Assembly: GCA_964187785.1 (NCBI GenBank)
Contig: OZ076420.1
Location: 27,342,001 to 27,406,000 of the forward strand
DNA length: 64,000 bases
Source: Amphiscolops sp. MND2022
Lineage: Eukaryota
Reading direction: 5' to 3'
Of this stretch, positions 38,201 through 51,149 are shown piece by piece. The stretch's first letter is position 1. Every line of letters begins with the position of its first letter. Below the pieces are notes generated by a model, which saw only the letters and a list, made by a program, of their open reading frames with translations, was not told the DNA's origin and ran no database searches. The position numbers and the translations under genes were made by a program.

Positions 38201-39279
38201 ACTTAGCATGTATCCTGCTTTTGTATTGTTTGCATGTATAAATGACATCCCAGATCTAAATTCGTACTGAGTAGACGTCGAAATATTAAACTCCCAGCAA
38301 AATTTAATGAAGGGGGAGTAAAATTTAAGGATATTGGGGGAGTAATTGATCCATAATTTTCAAATTTTGATCTGTCTTTTTGTACGAAGAAACAACTTCT
38401 ACTGTTTCGAAGCCATTAGTATACTTTTTAGTAGGCGCTTTTCTTCAGAAAAGAGTCGACAATAGTCATGGCTTTTCGTCAGTGTTTTTCGATACACCTG
38501 AAGTGACCAAAATAGTTCTACCCAAAGTTCTTCAAAATTATTCCATCTACGGATTTGTTGGTCGCGGTTGTACAATGTAGTCAACGGATCATTAATTGGG
38601 GAGGAATTCTCGTGGATTTCAAGGTTTTTATCTTTTGATGATTTTGGGTTTTATGATTCTATTTCACCTTTTTCGGAGTGCTTTTCTTGCGGTTCTTTTA
38701 ACAGATTCAGAAACACATTCAGTGTTGATTTCATGTTTGATCTTTTTGCTTTCAAACGTTTTTCCGTCTCGATTAGTGTTTGGGACCTTCCGGAGGCCAC
38801 GTTCTCGTCGTGGGTCCTGTCACGTGTGGTACATGATACCACACTAACAGAGAGCCTCCTGTAACCATCCCATTATAAGAACATAGTTCCGAATGTGCAA
38901 GCTTTGCTTTCATAGGAATCCTATGTTCGACATCTCATTGCTTGTTTTGGATTCGGTGTATAAGATCCCGGTAACTTCCAGGACGGTTTTCGGTGCCCCC
39001 GCCTTGACGCCCTTCGTTAGGTACGTTTTACATGGGTTTTTGTGTATTTTTTTGGAAAAACGAACAGTTTTGAACTGTGCTCAACGTCTATTTTAGCGTC
39101 TACTTTAAAAGTTTCATCAATAATCGAGATCCTTATAAGTCGTAGTCTGCGAATTTGTTTAAGATTCGGTATATAGTCTATTTGCGGTATATGTAGATAC
39201 CCTTATGGCCTATTACGGACATTTTTATCTAGAATGCACACTGAAGCCACTCGAAAGCACCTAAAACGAAGCCTTTTCA

Positions 39280-39432
39280 TGGTTTATCATCCATTAACTC
39301 CTGCCTCGATCATGGATTTCCATCCATGATTTCATGGATGACCATGGTGATTCTTGGCATGATTCTCGGCATGGTGGGTCCATGAATCATGGATGAATCA
39401 TGGATGGAAAACCATGAATGGTCAACCTGGGA
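39280..39432. repeat. CATG-rich dispersed repeat/MITE fragment; related tracts at ~42700-42835, 61090-61205, 62830-62920 and 63280-63450
   Basis: Dense atcatgg/ccatga/ccaagat motifs. The terminal motif gtcaacctggg is shared by the tracts ending at ~39430 and ~42833. Confidence 0.45.
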
Positions 39433-40623
39433 ACACTTAATGAATTCTCAATCACTAAACAGTCTTCAGCAGCATATTTCCGATTTGTTTATTTTCGTAG
39501 GTTTGAACAGCGACGTCCGTAGGATAAACAAGACGCCCGCTATGCACCGAGATATTTTCCGCCTTAAATTGGCTAACAATAGACACTTAATCGAAGCTTT
39601 ACCTCCTCCTTGATAAAACGCAAATCACTTGGAAAATAACGTCAAAAATCGGATATTGCGCAATTGCTTCAAACCTATGCCTCCTCTTTAGAAAAGCACA
39701 ATATTAAAAATGAAAAGGAGTAAAAGTGGAGATTTGGCAGAATTTGAAAAAAAAAACAGATTATAATTTTCTTCCCCTACACAATGAATTGTGGGGGCGG
39801 AAAATAATAACCATTGCATTTGCCATGCTATATATCTGCCAGTTTGCATAACATCAGAATCTGTAGTGGACAGATATGTTCCAATTCGTATGAACAAAAA
39901 CCCTGTCAGCGGTTTCCAAGTGTTATGTCAATCTTGTTGTTTTTTGATTACAGAACCTCAAATTGTCTGTGTCGGAGGGTTTTCTACTACTTTATTGTAA
40001 TTGCCACTTTCGTGTCTCACCATTTTAGTAACCTTATTATTGAACTTCTTGTATGTATCTCCGTTCATAGAACATGGAGTCATTTTCAGTCAAAAGTTTG
40101 GTTAGTGGAAACTTCAGTCGTCAACTTGTCAAGGCAACCTTTCAGGTTTTGAGTTATTTCCAAAGCATGTTTGTTCACATTCGAATCACGTGGTATTGCT
40201 TTCTGTTGTTAGCCAAGAAGAACCAGAATATCCAATTTTATGGCATTCAACTTCCCTACAAATACAGATTAGCTGGTTTCCGCATTTGTCTCGGGAAATC
40301 TGGCGTTTCCAAAAACAATCCTTTCTTGCTGAACCTCTAAAAATGGATCTTTTTCATCAGAGTGTGTTCTTTTTCAGCCGTAGGCATTGCCTCTGCTTTG
40401 ATTTCATTTCGTGATTTCATAATTTCAAATGGTCATTGCAAGCTTTCGATTTTGACGTTACGCGGGTTGTTTCGAAATTACGAACATCAAATGCATACGG
40501 AGCTAAAGGGGCTTCATACTTGCTTCCTACAGAGTTAACCTTCAATCTATAAATGTTAGTTTTTGATGTAATTTAAATTTTTAAAAAAGTATTCAAAAAA
40601 GTATATATATAAAAAAATTTTTT

Positions 40624-40781
40624 AAAAGTATACAATTTGAAGTTTCCGGTGCTCATTGGAAATTACATCGAAAACTAACATTCTATAATTTCATTTTGGA
40701 AATTTCCAAAATGAAATTATAGAATGTTAGTTTTTGATGTAATTTCCAACGAGCACCGGAAACTTCAAATTGTATACTTTT
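40624..40781. repeat. Spacerless 158-bp palindrome (79-bp arms, 2 mismatches)
   Basis: aaaagtatacaatttgaagtttccggtgctc...tggaaa|tttcca...gagcaccggaaacttcaaattgtatactttt, centred between 40702 and 40703. Confidence 0.95.
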
Positions 40782-41159
40782 TTTACTTTTTTACTGTAAA
40801 TGATGTGAATTAGAAATCCTTGTAAGGATCTTCGACCGAATCTTTGTTATTCGGAGCTCTCACAAGAAGCCTGCTTGCTGCACGTTGAAAGGATTGCAAT
40901 AACTAACTGAAATCATGTAATCAAGTCCTTAAATGCGTGCATCCTTGAAGTTTCCGGATGAAACAATCCTCAATGGAACAACGCAAGCAAAAAAAGCTTC
41001 AGAAATTGAAAAGTGTTTGACATTTGCCAAAATGTGAGCGTATGAAAATCTAATGTTCCTTCTGAATTAGCGAAACACTGTTAGACGTTATTTCTTAAAC
41101 GTTACTCGCGCCTCTAAAATATAGTTTTGCTTGATCAAAATCCAATATGCTCGCGATAC

Positions 41160-42677
41160 TGTGGAATGTAATCTCGGAAGAGATTAAAAGCTTTTGCAAA
41201 AAAAATAATATAATCTGCAAATACGGGATGCCAAATCTGCACACTGGCACGGGATTGGTTGAAAGAACCATCCAATCATTGAAGAATCTAACAAAAACAA
41301 ATTTAGAAGAGACGCAAAACTTACGCGAGAGCTTAAATAAAGCCCTATATGTCCTCCGTTTCACCACACATTCTGAAATAAAGAAAACCCCGTTCGAACT
41401 ACACTTCGGGCGAGAACCCGGAACAAAATTATCTAACCTGAAAAATGCTATTTCAGTCAATTCCAAGGACCTATCAGTCTACATCACCCGCAACTAGGCC
41501 GGCGAGATTACCGACCACCTGGTGATGTCAAAGAAGAAGACAAACAACCCGAAATACCGGAGGGGGATGACCTTTACCCAAAAACAAAAACCGTCAAATA
41601 CGGTAAGTGAAGGGAAAAATACGAATTACCCGTTCACTTTTTTTCGAAAAAACACATACAAAATGCTCACTTGGAAGCAAATTCAAAAAGAAACCATTAA
41701 TTGCAGTCTCGGAGACCAAACATACGGTAACCACGGACAAGAACAAAATCCTACATAGGAAGCTAATATCCAACCCGATACCCTTTCAGGCCACAACAAT
41801 CCCGACAAAAAGAATCAACACCAGACTGACAGCAACGGCCGAAAAACCAACATGCTCAAAGACGATGGAAAATACCTGCCTATACCGTAGAAAAAAAACA
41901 CCGAAACCGGAGAATACAGAGAGCAGTGCAGACTGGCTGAAGAGGAAAGAACAACCACGCAACGAAAGCGACCAGTTCACAAGTCCCGACAAGTCGGTGG
42001 GAAAACCGATGGATCTGGATTTGAGCATGGTTTCCGACGACGAATTCCAATGGTCCAATACCAGCGAAGGAAAACACGTCCACGCCAACATAGACGACGA
42101 ACTACAACTACTACCCAAAGAAACTAACTTAACCCCAGAAACAGGTATAAAAACGAATCCATTAATAAATGAACCACAACAAACGGTGAGAAAGTCGAAA
42201 AGAATACCCAACGCAAGACAAACCGAAAAATTAGGCGGTATCCCATATTCCACGAATAACAATACAAGAAAAATAAATAATAATAATATGTTACAGGAAA
42301 ACCAAACCAGCCAACCGAGTCAACAGCAAACTGAAGAATGAAGCAACCGTGAAGTACGGACGATCAACCGTGAAATACGGAAAACAGCAGAGCACAAAAA
42401 CTTCAACCGATTAATTCGGAACCATCATCAGTTACTACCGCTCGAAACCGAATCCACCTGGAGGAGGGGGAATGTGGAATGTAGAGGTCACAGACTGAAC
42501 TGCTTTAGACAGAGAGTTGTTTAAACATATTTGATAACAAACTCTAATTTCTGTCATATTTATGTTATTGAATTACATTACATAGATCTCATTACATTTG
42601 ATACTTTGATACGAGATAGTGGAAAGAAAGCTCTTTGTCGCCAACGTTGTTTTATAGTAAACCAAGAGATCTTAACA
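41160..42677 (+). mobile_element. Internally deleted Gypsy/Ty3-like LTR retrotransposon: 11-bp stub of the 5' LTR, integrase C-half, PPT, complete 205-bp 3' LTR, 5-bp TSD GATAC
   Basis: tgtggaatgta occurs at 41160 and 42473. Integrase motifs are SFCKKNNI..HTGTGLVERTIQSLK..TPFELHFGREP. The PPT ggaggagggggaa is at 42460-42472, and the LTR ends ...cttaaca at 42677. gatac flanks the element at 41155-41159 and 42678-42682. Confidence 0.88.
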
Positions 42678-43778
42678 GATACCAATTTCACATTTTGCAC
42701 TTTCTCAATCGATCTTGGAATAATGATACTTTTTAGTAAGATGTTAATAAAAATCTTGTCATGAGTTTCATGTAAGAATTTTCAAGATCTTACCATGACA
42801 GTCAAGATGCTAGTGAGAGCGTCAACCTGGGTAAATAATTCTTCTGCTCTTGGTTTTTTAGAGCGAACTTAGCTTCAGTTATTCAGTATTTTCATCATTC
42901 TTGAATTATAGCATATATCTAATTTTTCCGTTTGAACCATTCCGCTACACAAAAAATGAGCGTTTGCAAACAGATTCAGCTGCTAGTTTTTCAGCACACT
43001 CTGATGAAAAAGATCCATTTTTCAGTGGTTAAGCAAGAAAGGATTGTTTTTGGAAACATTGCAGCAACCGATGAATTCAGCAAATCGCATGATGACACAA
43101 TATAATCATCGCAATGTTTCAGCACTTTCGTAATTACATTTCGTTTGAGTGACATTTGACTGACAATATTTGTTACAAAATCTTACGTTTGGATATTGTA
43201 AAGGACTTTTGAAGAAGACTGGTATAAAAAGCACTTTGTTTATTCGTCTCTCGCTGAATAATTTTCGAAATTCATCAAAAGAGGAAAATCTTATAATGGC
43301 CGCATCAGAAAATCACGAAGCGATGAAAAAAGAACAGCTTCAGTGAATAAATTTCGTTAAATTGTTGACGGAAATTTCCCCTTTTTTGTTCACACCGAAT
43401 GCTGTTTGTCTTCATTTGTTCACGCATTTACCTGGTCTTCCGCTCATAACTGTTAGTGTGTAATGCCGACTCATCAAAAGTGACTACTTTGATGTGCAAA
43501 ATGAGTTTGAATTTTTTCCTTAGAGATAATCTTTATTTTTAAATCTCAAATATTCCAAGGAAAAAATTCAAGTAACAATCAAAAGATGAAGGGTTTCTCG
43601 AGACGTGAACAAAATTGCTATCAAAACCAGCTATCAGAATGCAACATTTTCACGAAAAAAAAATGTGTTTAGTTGTTCAGAATCTGCTACTGTTGTTGCA
43701 TGCCGGAAAAAGGACCTTCTATTCCCAATTTGGAATGAAGCATGAATTTTCATTTAAAAATGGAAGTGTAGCCAAATT

Positions 43779-44560
43779 AACAAGCCGGGAATAGCCAAAC
43801 TAGGCGCTATACCTAAGGCTCAAAAAGCGTCATTTTTGAAAAATATGTTCAGGACGTTTTTGAAAAAAACCCAGTTTTTGAAAAAAAAGAAAACGAAATT
43901 TTTTGGCAAAACCCAAAGGGTGACTTTAGTGCTCGGACAACGCTTCAGAAGTTCGGAAATAGCGTACTGAGACAAATACGAGCGCTTTTTTGATCCTACG
44001 GCTCCTCCTCAGTAAAACGCAAATTACTTCGGATATAACGTCAAAAGATCGGATATAGCGTGCTGCGTGACAAATGGGAGCGTTTGTCTCCGAACCTCCG
44101 ACTCATGCTTAGTAAAACGCAATATAGTTCGGATACAGCATCAAAAATTCGGATATAGCGCAATATTTTCAAACCTCAACCTCCAAAATTATCGGAGATA
44201 ATTATTTTAAAAAACCTAATATCAGACAAAAAATGAGAGTTTTGAGCAGTTTCATAGTACCGAAAAATGTAAATAAGGAGGACCATTTGGGATTTTTAAC
44301 ATCCATCCTGTTGCAAAATATCAAAAAAATGAAGGAGGACCATCTGGAGACATTTGAAAATATCCGAAAAAAATGAATAATGAGAATTTTGAAATGTCAA
44401 AGTGCCGAAAAAAGTAAAAGGAGGACCTTTTGAGATTTTTTACTCCCCATTCCTGTTACAAAATATCAAACAAAATTGAAAGGGGACACTTTGGTGCAAT
44501 CAAAAAACTTTCGAAAGAAAGTCTCACTGCCGAAAAATCGAAGTTAGAACCACCAACATA
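43779..44560 (-). mobile_element. Family A HINE-like repeat, minus strand, interrupted by a small repeat (~43985-44180, also seen at ~39615-39680)
   Basis: Reverse complement of the family 3' end (aacaagccgggaa..ggcgctatacctaaggctcaaaa) and of internal modules. The insert aaaacgcaaattacttcggatataacgtcaaaagatcggatatagcg matches aaaacgcaaatcacttggaaaataacgtcaaaaatcggatattgcg. Confidence 0.5.
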
Positions 44561-44907
44561 GCCAGAGTGTTTAGCATGTTCGAACACATGTTCAACAGTT
44601 TTTTCTCATTTCTTTCTTTTGCAGTAGCTAAAATGATCGATCCGTAGATCCGTAGACCGTAGAAAATAGAAGAAATTAAACTGAACCATAGTGTTTCTTT
44701 TAAAAAAACGGCAGTGAGACAAATGACTTAATCGACGGATAAAACGCAAACAAACACAGCAAAAGCAAAAAGACATGCACTTGTATTATTTCAACTAAAA
44801 CGCTAATCTGTCCAACATTTCATACAATGTTCAGGGTGTTCTACTTCTTTTTCATTTGTTGAACTGAAAAAAATAATGATTTGTTGTGACAATTTATCAT
44901 GAGTCTC

Positions 44908-45356
44908 TTTTTCAATCGGCGCGTTTTCGTTTCAAGGAAAAATGCCCGACTATAACAGTGACCTTTTTTTTCTTCAGACTCACACTGATCGATCCACTTT
45001 TTAGAGAATCTCCTGAAACCACTAAGGCCAAGTGCCAAGTCTGGCCAATAAAAAATTAGTGCAAAGGGTCCCTCCCCCTTTCATTTTTTACTTTTTTAAG
45101 GTAACACAAAACCGGGCGAGACTAAAAGGTCCCCACTTTTCGATTTTTTTCCAGCACTGTGCGACTTTTTAATGAAATTTTTAAATTTTAATAACTCAAA
45201 AGGGTCCTCCCTTCGATTTTTTGATATTTTGCAACTGAATGTATGTTAATAAATCCCAAAGGGTCCCTTTTACATTTTTTGGCACTATGCGACATTTCAA
45301 GTTTGCGTTTTTTGAGCCTTAGATATAGCGCCGACTTTGGACGTTCTCGTCTGGTT
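44908..45356 (+). mobile_element. Family A HINE-like repeat
   Basis: 5' atcggcgcg..cccgactataacagtgac and 3' gagccttagatatagcgccgactttggacgttctcgtctggtt. The subterminal inverted repeat is agtcggcgc/gcgccgact. Confidence 0.5.
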
Positions 45357-45777
45357 AAACTTTAGTGGCTGGAATGATCGATCCGTGGAAAAAGTAAGAT
45401 AATAGGTAATCATCCAGAAACAGAATATGGCTCTATAATCTAAAAGCTATCTTATAGGAAGGATTATGTTTCTGACAAATAGAAGTCGCGAAGAATCATC
45501 GTTGTGTTTGTTTTACACGTCGCAACCTGAAAGGATTTCCAGAGAAGGTTTTGAATTTTGAGAGAATACGTTAATAAGAAAGCTCGGTAGTTGAAAAAAG
45601 ATCTAGACATTAGGCATCAGAAGTAATAAGTTTTTATTCCAGACGCCATTTTCGTTTATTTGTTCACCTTTTTCATCACAGATGAAGTTTTCATCAAGAT
45701 CATCTCCACGTCATTTATCATTTGTACTGTGGTCTATCAAATAAATGTTAACTTTCCTTTTGAGGTTTGTGGTAGAA

Positions 45778-45781
<4 letters not shown>

Positions 45782-45854
<73 letters not shown>
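45782..45854. repeat. (CT)n microsatellite
   Basis: About 36 CT units with two TT interruptions. Confidence 0.98.
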
Positions 45855-45858
<4 letters not shown>

Positions 45859-45871
45859 TAAAAAAGATAAA

Positions 45872-48800
45872 TTCATGTGAAATCGAATCAAAAGCATTTG
45901 TGAGGTCAAGTGGAGTTGCAACGACAATAATGGCTTCATCACATCAACTTCCGAGCGATTTTTTCCGGAAGCATAGAGAAGAACATCAGCAAATTACAAT
46001 TTCGTTATAAAACCAAACTGAAATGGGCTCAAGAGTTTTGAGTTCTCTAGAAATTCAAGCAGCTGGAGATGTAAAATTCTTTCGACACGTTTAGATGGAG
46101 CAAACTATTTCGAATGTGATCGGTAATGTTATTTATGTCGATGTTATTTAATGCCGATGTTATTTGACATTTTGCATAGTCCGTTTTGTAGCTTTTCCAT
46201 TGATTGGGGAATTTACCTTCGTTCCAGAGGAGCGTTGATCAAAAAAGCCTTTCCCCGATAATGTTTACATTATCTTTCATGGCCCAAGCAGGTTTAATAC
46301 ATGGTCCCAGAGCTTATCATAGTTCAAGTTTTTAATCAGATGTCAAAATCGTTCTGATTGGCTAAAATCGGAAGATAAAAACATTGGTAACAGTATCTTG
46401 AATATAAACTTCGTTTATCAAACAAAACGACAAAAAGTTCAAATATCGATCGAAATCATAGGAACAATTCTGTTCAAATCATCGAGGAATGTTATATGTC
46501 GGTGCTCCGCTCAAGGCTGAAAAAGTGCAACGTGATTCAAATCGTGGGAAACAGTTTTTGAAAGAAAATTAAAATTTCCGAAAAACACGAAAACACCCAT
46601 TGGAAGGGTAAGGACTTTTCCGTTTGTGAAAGGTAATAAATAACAAATGTGAAGTCTTTGTTCATATGAAGAAATTTCAAAAGTTGCATAGTATCAACAA
46701 ACCCCACCTATAGCTTTGTATTCCGATTAAAAATGTCTTGAGCGTTGTAGAACTTTGCAACTTTTAGTTGTATCTTCGATCTGTTTGAAAAAACGACGAA
46801 AAATAGTCGCGTTCCATATCATAGAAAGTCGACTTATTAAAAAGGCATCCAGAGCAAGTGGTAGTTTTTATTCGATTTATGACTTCCATATTCACTTTCT
46901 GCGCGGAACTTTCATGTACAAGACCAAGCGAAAAGGTCCTGAATTTGTGCCTGTGGACCATTTTAATATAACTCGCTCCTATACGACGAAGTTGTTTGAA
47001 GAATGTTTTTCTGTATTCGTTCTTCCTATCATTGTTACAGCTTTGTTACCAAAATCCGAATGATTAATAGTCTCCAATAGGATTTCATTTCATGTGAAAT
47101 CGAATCAAAAGCATTTGTGAGGTCAAGTAGAGCTGCAACGACAAAAATGGCTTCATCACATCAACTTCCAAGCGACTTTTTTTCGGAATCATAAAGAAGA
47201 ACATCAGCAAACTACAATTTCGTTATAAAACCAAACTGAATTGGGCTCAAGAGTTTTGAGTTCACTAGAAATTCAAGCGGCTGGAGATGTAAAACTCTTT
47301 CGACACGTTTAGATGGAGCAAATTTTTTCGAATGTGGTCGGTAATATGTTATAGGACATTTAGCATCGTCCGTTTTGTAGCATTTCCATTGATTGGGGAA
47401 TTTACCTTCGTTTCAGAGGAGCGTTGATCAAAAAAAGCCTTTCCCCGATAATGTTTACATTATCTTTCATGGCCCAAGCAGGTTTAATACGTGGTCCCAG
47501 AGCTTATCATAGTTCAAGTTTTTAATCAGATGTCAAAATCGTTCTGATTGGCTAAAATCGGAAGATAAAAACATTGGTAACAGTATCTTGAATATAAACT
47601 TCGTTTATCAAACAAAACGACAAAAAGTTCAAATATCGATCGAAATCATAGGAACAATTCTGTTCAAATAATCGAGGAATGTTATATGTCGGTGCTCCGC
47701 TCAAGGCTCAAAAAGTGCAACGTGATTCAAATCGTGGGAAACAGTTTTTGAAAGAAAATCAAAATTTCCGAAAAACACGAAAACACCCATTGGAAGGGTA
47801 AGGACTTTTCTGTTTGTGAAAGGTAATAAATTACAAATGGGAAGTCTTTGTTCATATGAAGAAATTTCAAAAGTTGCATAGTATCAACAAACCCCACCTA
47901 TAGCTTTGTATTCCGATTAAAAATGTCTTGAGCGTTGTAGAACTTTGCAACTTTTAGTTGTATCTTCGATCTGTTTGAAAAAACGACGAAAAATAGTCGC
48001 GTTCCATATCATAGAAAGTCGACTTATTAAAAAGGCATCCAGAGCAAGTGTGTAGTTTTTATTCGATTTATGACTTCCATATTCACTTTCTGCGCGGAAC
48101 TTTCATGTACAAGACCAAGCGAAAAGGTCCTGAATTTGTGCCTGTGGACCATTTTAATATTACTCGCTCCTATACGACGAAGTTGTTTGAAGAATGTTTT
48201 TCTGTATTCGTTCTTCCTATCATTGTTACAGCTTTGTTACCAAAATCCGAATGATTAATAGTCTCCAATAGGATTTCATTTCATGTGAAATCGAATCAAA
48301 AGCATTTGTGAGGTCAAGTAGAGCTGCAACGACAATAATGGCTTCATCACATCAACTTCCAAGCGACTTTTTTTCGGAATCATAAAGAAGAACATCAGCA
48401 AACTACAATTTCGTTATAAAACCAAACTGAAATGGGCTCAAGAGTTTTGAGTTCACTAGAAATTCAAGCGGCTGGAGATGTAAAACTCTTTCGACACGTT
48501 TAGATGGAGCAAATTTTTTCGAATGTGGTCGGTAATATGTTATAGGACATTTAGCATCGTCCGTTTTGTAGCATTTTCATTGATTGGGGAATTTACCTTC
48601 GTTCCAGAGGAGCGTTGATCAAAAAAAGCCTTTTCCCGATAATGTTTACATTATCTTTCATGGCCCAAGCAGGTTTAATACGTGGTCCCAGAGCTTATCA
48701 TAGTTCAAGTTTTTAATCAGATGTCAAAATCGTTCTGATTGGCTAAAATCGGAAGATAAAAACTTTGGTAACAGTATCTTGAATATAAACTTCGTTTATC

Positions 48801-49293
48801 AAACAAAACGACAAAAAGTTCAAATATCGATCGAAATCATAGGAACAATTCTGTTCAAATCATCGAGGAATGTTATATGTCGGTGCTCCGCTCAAGGCTC
48901 AAAAAGTGCAACGTGATTCAAATCGTGGGAAACAGTTTTTGAAAGAAAATCAAAATTTCCGAAAAACACGAAAACACCCATTGGAAGGGTAAGGACTTTT
49001 CTGTTTGTGAAAGGTAATAAATAACAAATGGGAAGTCTTTGTTCATATGAAGAAATTTCAAAAGTTGCATAGTATCAACAAACCCCACCTATAGCTTTGT
49101 ATTCCGATTAAAAATGTCTTGAGCGTTGTAGAACTTTGCAACTTTTAGTTGTATCTTCGATCTGTTTGAAAAAACGACGAAAAATAGTCGCGTTCCATAT
49201 CATAGAAAGTCGACTTATTAAAAAGGCATCCAGAGCAAGTGTGTAGTTTTTATTCGAATTATGACTTCCATATTCACTTTCTGCGCGGAACTT
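45872..49293 (-). repeat. Second tandem array: ~2.85 copies of a ~1.2-kb unit containing a LINE RT fragment
   Basis: The anchor ttcatgtgaaatcgaatcaaaagc occurs at 45872, 47089 and 48280 (periods 1217 and 1191). The minus strand reads SKRVERVLHLQPLEFLVNSKLLSPIQFGF..AALLDLTNAFDSISHE..STGTNSGPFRLVLYM (RT domains 2-4). Confidence 0.9.
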
Positions 49294-51149
49294 TTCATTA
49301 GAAAAGAGCGACTATAGTCAAGGCTTTTCGTTAGTTTTTTCCATACACCTGCACTGTCCAAAATAGTTCCAACAAAAAGTCTTCAATTTTGCAAAGTAAG
49401 TCAGTCATTTGGCCTAGTTATTAATGTTGATTTTTTGCGGTCTAAGAAACAGGAGGAAACATGGTTTCGAGTCTCGCACTGAGCCAAAATGTTTTTATGT
49501 TTGCAAAAGTAGGGGAAACCAAAAAGTCCACGTTCAAAATTTTTCCGGAACTATACGACTTTTTTTTCATTTTTTTTCAAATTTAATTTCCCTCCCTCGA
49601 TTTTCAGCAGAAACAACAGCGTTTCAAGAGTATTGATGGCCACTTTTAGTTGTTTCGGCATTAAGCAACCAAAGTAAAAAAATCGAAAAAATGTTCGAAC
49701 GAAAATTTTTGTATGTATTTATTTACATAACTTTTGGTTTTTTGATGTTTTCTGTTAAGGAAACAAGTTTCGAGAGACTTGAGAGTGACCTCTTTGTTAC
49801 TTTAATCCTGTGTAACTGGTGAGTTTTCCTGATGATGGTAAAAAATACCGTTTTCAGCTTTTTTCGGCTTTGTGTATCCGGAACTTTCACGATACTTTCA
49901 GCACGTTTGCGAGTGAAAAAGCCGCTATCACATTTTTGCAATGATGAATGGAAATCATCTCTCCGGTAGGTTTTTTATCGTATATATTTTTTGGAAGTCT
50001 TTTCAGGGTGCTTTTTTTTCGATAAATTTCATGAAAAATTCAGATGCTGTGATTTTGTGCAGTTTATTTTCACACAGAAGGTGATTGTTTGAATCCAATC
50101 AATTCGAATTTTCTTGAATTTATCGTTTTCAATTTAGGAGCGTTCGAAGACACTAAAGTTACTAAGTTCCTGTGAGATTGAAATTAAATACTTTTTTAAA
50201 CATTCATTTGCAGACGAATTGCAATTTCTTTTGCATCCAAAGGCCGTTCTGTGCTATATCGAACAGGAAGTCTCCTTCGTGATTTTTTACCACTTCATTT
50301 TTCAAGACCTTCTCCGCTGCAAACTTTTTATGTCACATGTTTCAATTGTTTTCATGCATCTTTTAGTTGAATAATTTCGTCATCTTTCTCTTAAATTATT
50401 CTGGAAGGAATATTTTTGACTCTTTTATAAGGACGTTTTGTAAGGGTTGACAAAAAACACTAAAATTATCCGCCACTAAAATTATTTCGAATTCCGTCAA
50501 AGCCTATTGCCCAAATATCATTTTAAGAGCTAGGCAGTCTTCAATTTACCCGAATGTTTTGTTAAACTTTACTGGTCTTCCGTCAACCCATTGATTGATG
50601 AAGAAAAAATCAGCAATTTCATTACTTCAGAGCTTATCAAAGTTTCATTCATGCTAAAAATGAAAGCAATTATGCCAATTTATATTTTTGCAAAATAATT
50701 CGCCGCGTGACTCAAACTTCCTTTGGCTTTCGAATTTGTGCCTACATCAATTTTAGACCTTTTGAAGTTCTGGAAGGATTTGATGTTTCAATAGTTAATT
50801 TCAAAAGTAGTCAATCGTTTGATGTAGCCCTGATATTTCCCGGTGAATTAAACTATAATTTATTTAATTGGGATTTTTATTAGCTATTCTAACTTCAAAG
50901 GAATGACTTCAATGCATACATAGATCACAATGAAAAAAAAAATGAAAATCGTCACCGGAGTTCAAAGAATTCAAGTCGGATTCGCTGATTTATGAAGCTG
51001 AATTTTTGCTCCCTTTTTTCAATGCAACATTGCTGGTTAGTTAAAATATTTTAATAGGCTAAGGTTAATTGAATTTCTTTTCAGGTCTTGCGAAAGTCTA
51101 GATTCGATACCAAAGTTTGTAAATTTTATTACTTTAAATTGTTTTGACG

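Noticed and set aside
38600-39000. Possible LINE ORF1 PHD remnant on the minus strand (LC*CGIMYHT)
   Set aside because: Only a partial Cys/His pattern with stops, which is insufficient support.
45660-46010. ORFs 45660-46010 and 45748-45942
   Set aside because: They are products of the (CT)n microsatellite (SLSL/ERER) and antisense RT sequence.
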